A stretch of DNA of 63,962 nucleotides, the filler included, from Choristocarpus tenellus KU-1152 (Eukaryota; Protista; Phaeophyceae), in NCBI GenBank assembly GCA_964200185.2. It is 13 parts of 13 records of this genome, joined end to end, with 100 filler letters (N's around TTAATTAATTAA, not from the genome) between each part and the next. Parts side by side here need not be neighbours in the genome. Positions count along the whole stretch, not along the records: positions 61,435 to 63,962 come from CAXNAD020027043.1; 12 more parts are not named here. The stretch is one strand, 5' to 3'. A program made the position numbers and the translations under genes. Under the pieces are notes generated by a model. The model did no database searches. It saw nothing but the letters and a program-made list of their open reading frames with translations, and had not been told where the DNA came from. How positions within the stretch are numbered: the first letter of the stretch is position 1; every line of letters begins with the position of its first letter. Below, piece after piece: positions 62,958 through 63,962 of this stretch.

Positions 62958-63916
62958 CATGGGTGTTTGATGTTATGCTTGCTTGATGAATTTTCTACAA
63001 AAGTCCACGATTGGCCAGATCCTGATTTCCCATCAAACCACATCCCGTTAGTGGGGTGCAGGTACACACCTTGCCCATCTTTGAGGATGTAAGACCACTT
63101 CTCGTCCACATGCACCCAGTCGTACAGATCGTCCACTAATATCCCCACTTCTCCCTCTCCTCTGCATGTGACTGATGATGAATTTCCATTCTGTCAACTT
63201 TCTGCTGGTCTAAGGGGCTGACTTAATCCACCGAATGACCTTCACCTACTTGCACTTTGCACGGATCCCACAACGAGGCAAGGGAGACCCCAGCTTCAAC
63301 CGTCCATTTGTAGAAGGATGTGTGGTGTAACTGATGGGACATCCCAAGCGTTGAGGGTACCTGTACGGTGACCACATCGCCCCTTGCGATGTGGTACAAG
63401 GTCCATGCATTCACCCCCACGCGATCTGGCTGTCGTACTCTTTAACGTGACAGAACACGTTTATAACAAAAGTTAGAGGTTGTGGGATCGAATCCCTACT
63501 GGATCGCTTTCCCGACTCCCTAGTATGGTGGGAGGATAACAGATAGAACGTGGTCCTGAGATGGAAGAAAGGAGAAACGTGAAGATTGAGATGACTGCTC
63601 GGGAGAGTGCGCTGTTAGTGGGGTGATGGCCCACGGATTATGCTGGGTTAGCTACCCAGTCTCTGATTTTGCTAAAAGCGATTATCTGCCCCGGTGGAGC
63701 AGTGGTATCTCAATGATTTGACAACATGATGATTCGGGAAATTCCGAAGTCCTCCATGATGTCCACAGTCATCCCCGAAGGCATCTGAGTCTCATGCCCT
63801 CTCGCCACCAGGCATCGCGCCACCACACTGTTCTTTATCAGGGTGTTTGAGTCCTGGCCCTGGACAGACTCCTGGGTCGAAGAATTGGGACCGATGGGCG
63901 ACAGCGGGATGAGTGA
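62958..63916 (-). mobile_element. Second, partial DD39D-type mariner copy
   Basis: Collinear with 29500-30560 apart from internal deletions; DDLYDWVHVDEKWSYILKDGQ and WFDGK. Confidence 0.88.
63460..63715 (+). mobile_element. SINE-like insertion in mariner copy 2
   Basis: Absent from mariner copy 1; homologous to 14125-14385; imperfect flanking duplication GACAGAACACG/GACAACATG. Confidence 0.65.
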
Positions 63917-63962
63917 GAGCCAAAGTATCTTAGAGGGTAGGGCCGCGTCCATTTGGGGACCA
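63917..63962 (+). mobile_element. MITE family A, start (cut by window end)
   Basis: GAGCCAAAGTATCTTAGAGGGTAGGGCCGCGTCCATTTGGGG. Confidence 0.88.

Overview
Eukaryotic, intron-rich, repeat-rich DNA, most consistent with a photosynthetic stramenopile (brown alga or close relative). Evidence: GT-AG introns, an ASAFAP-like plastid presequence, TTAGGG motifs and oomycete/algal-type transposases. The window is not contiguous: 13 contigs are joined by 12 artificial 100-nt linkers (44 N + TTAATTAATTAA + 44 N). Host genes assembled by hand: a complete 11-exon plastid-targeted class I fructose-bisphosphate aldolase (9052-15986, +); a 2-exon HSF-domain transcription factor (38866-40404, +); internal exons of a multi-EF-hand protein (31372-33777, -); and a head-to-head pair made of a putative large surface/repeat protein (53095->51333, -) and a GT17/MGAT3-like glycosyltransferase (53597->54948, +). 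Most of the remainder is mobile DNA: a TIR/TA-delimited DD39D-type mariner plus a second partial copy, an intron-containing Sola-type (DUF7869-like) transposase pseudogene, Tc1/IS630-like and piggyBac-like relics, CRE-like non-LTR pieces with a 3' hairpin and (TAA)n end, a chromovirus fragment, a tRNA-like SINE, and three MITE families. The most notable signal is two clearly homologous MITE families that appear to make different target-site duplications (4 bp vs 3 bp). No prokaryotic system, CRISPR array, rRNA or intact tRNA gene is supported. All assignments come from reading motifs by eye; no searches were run.
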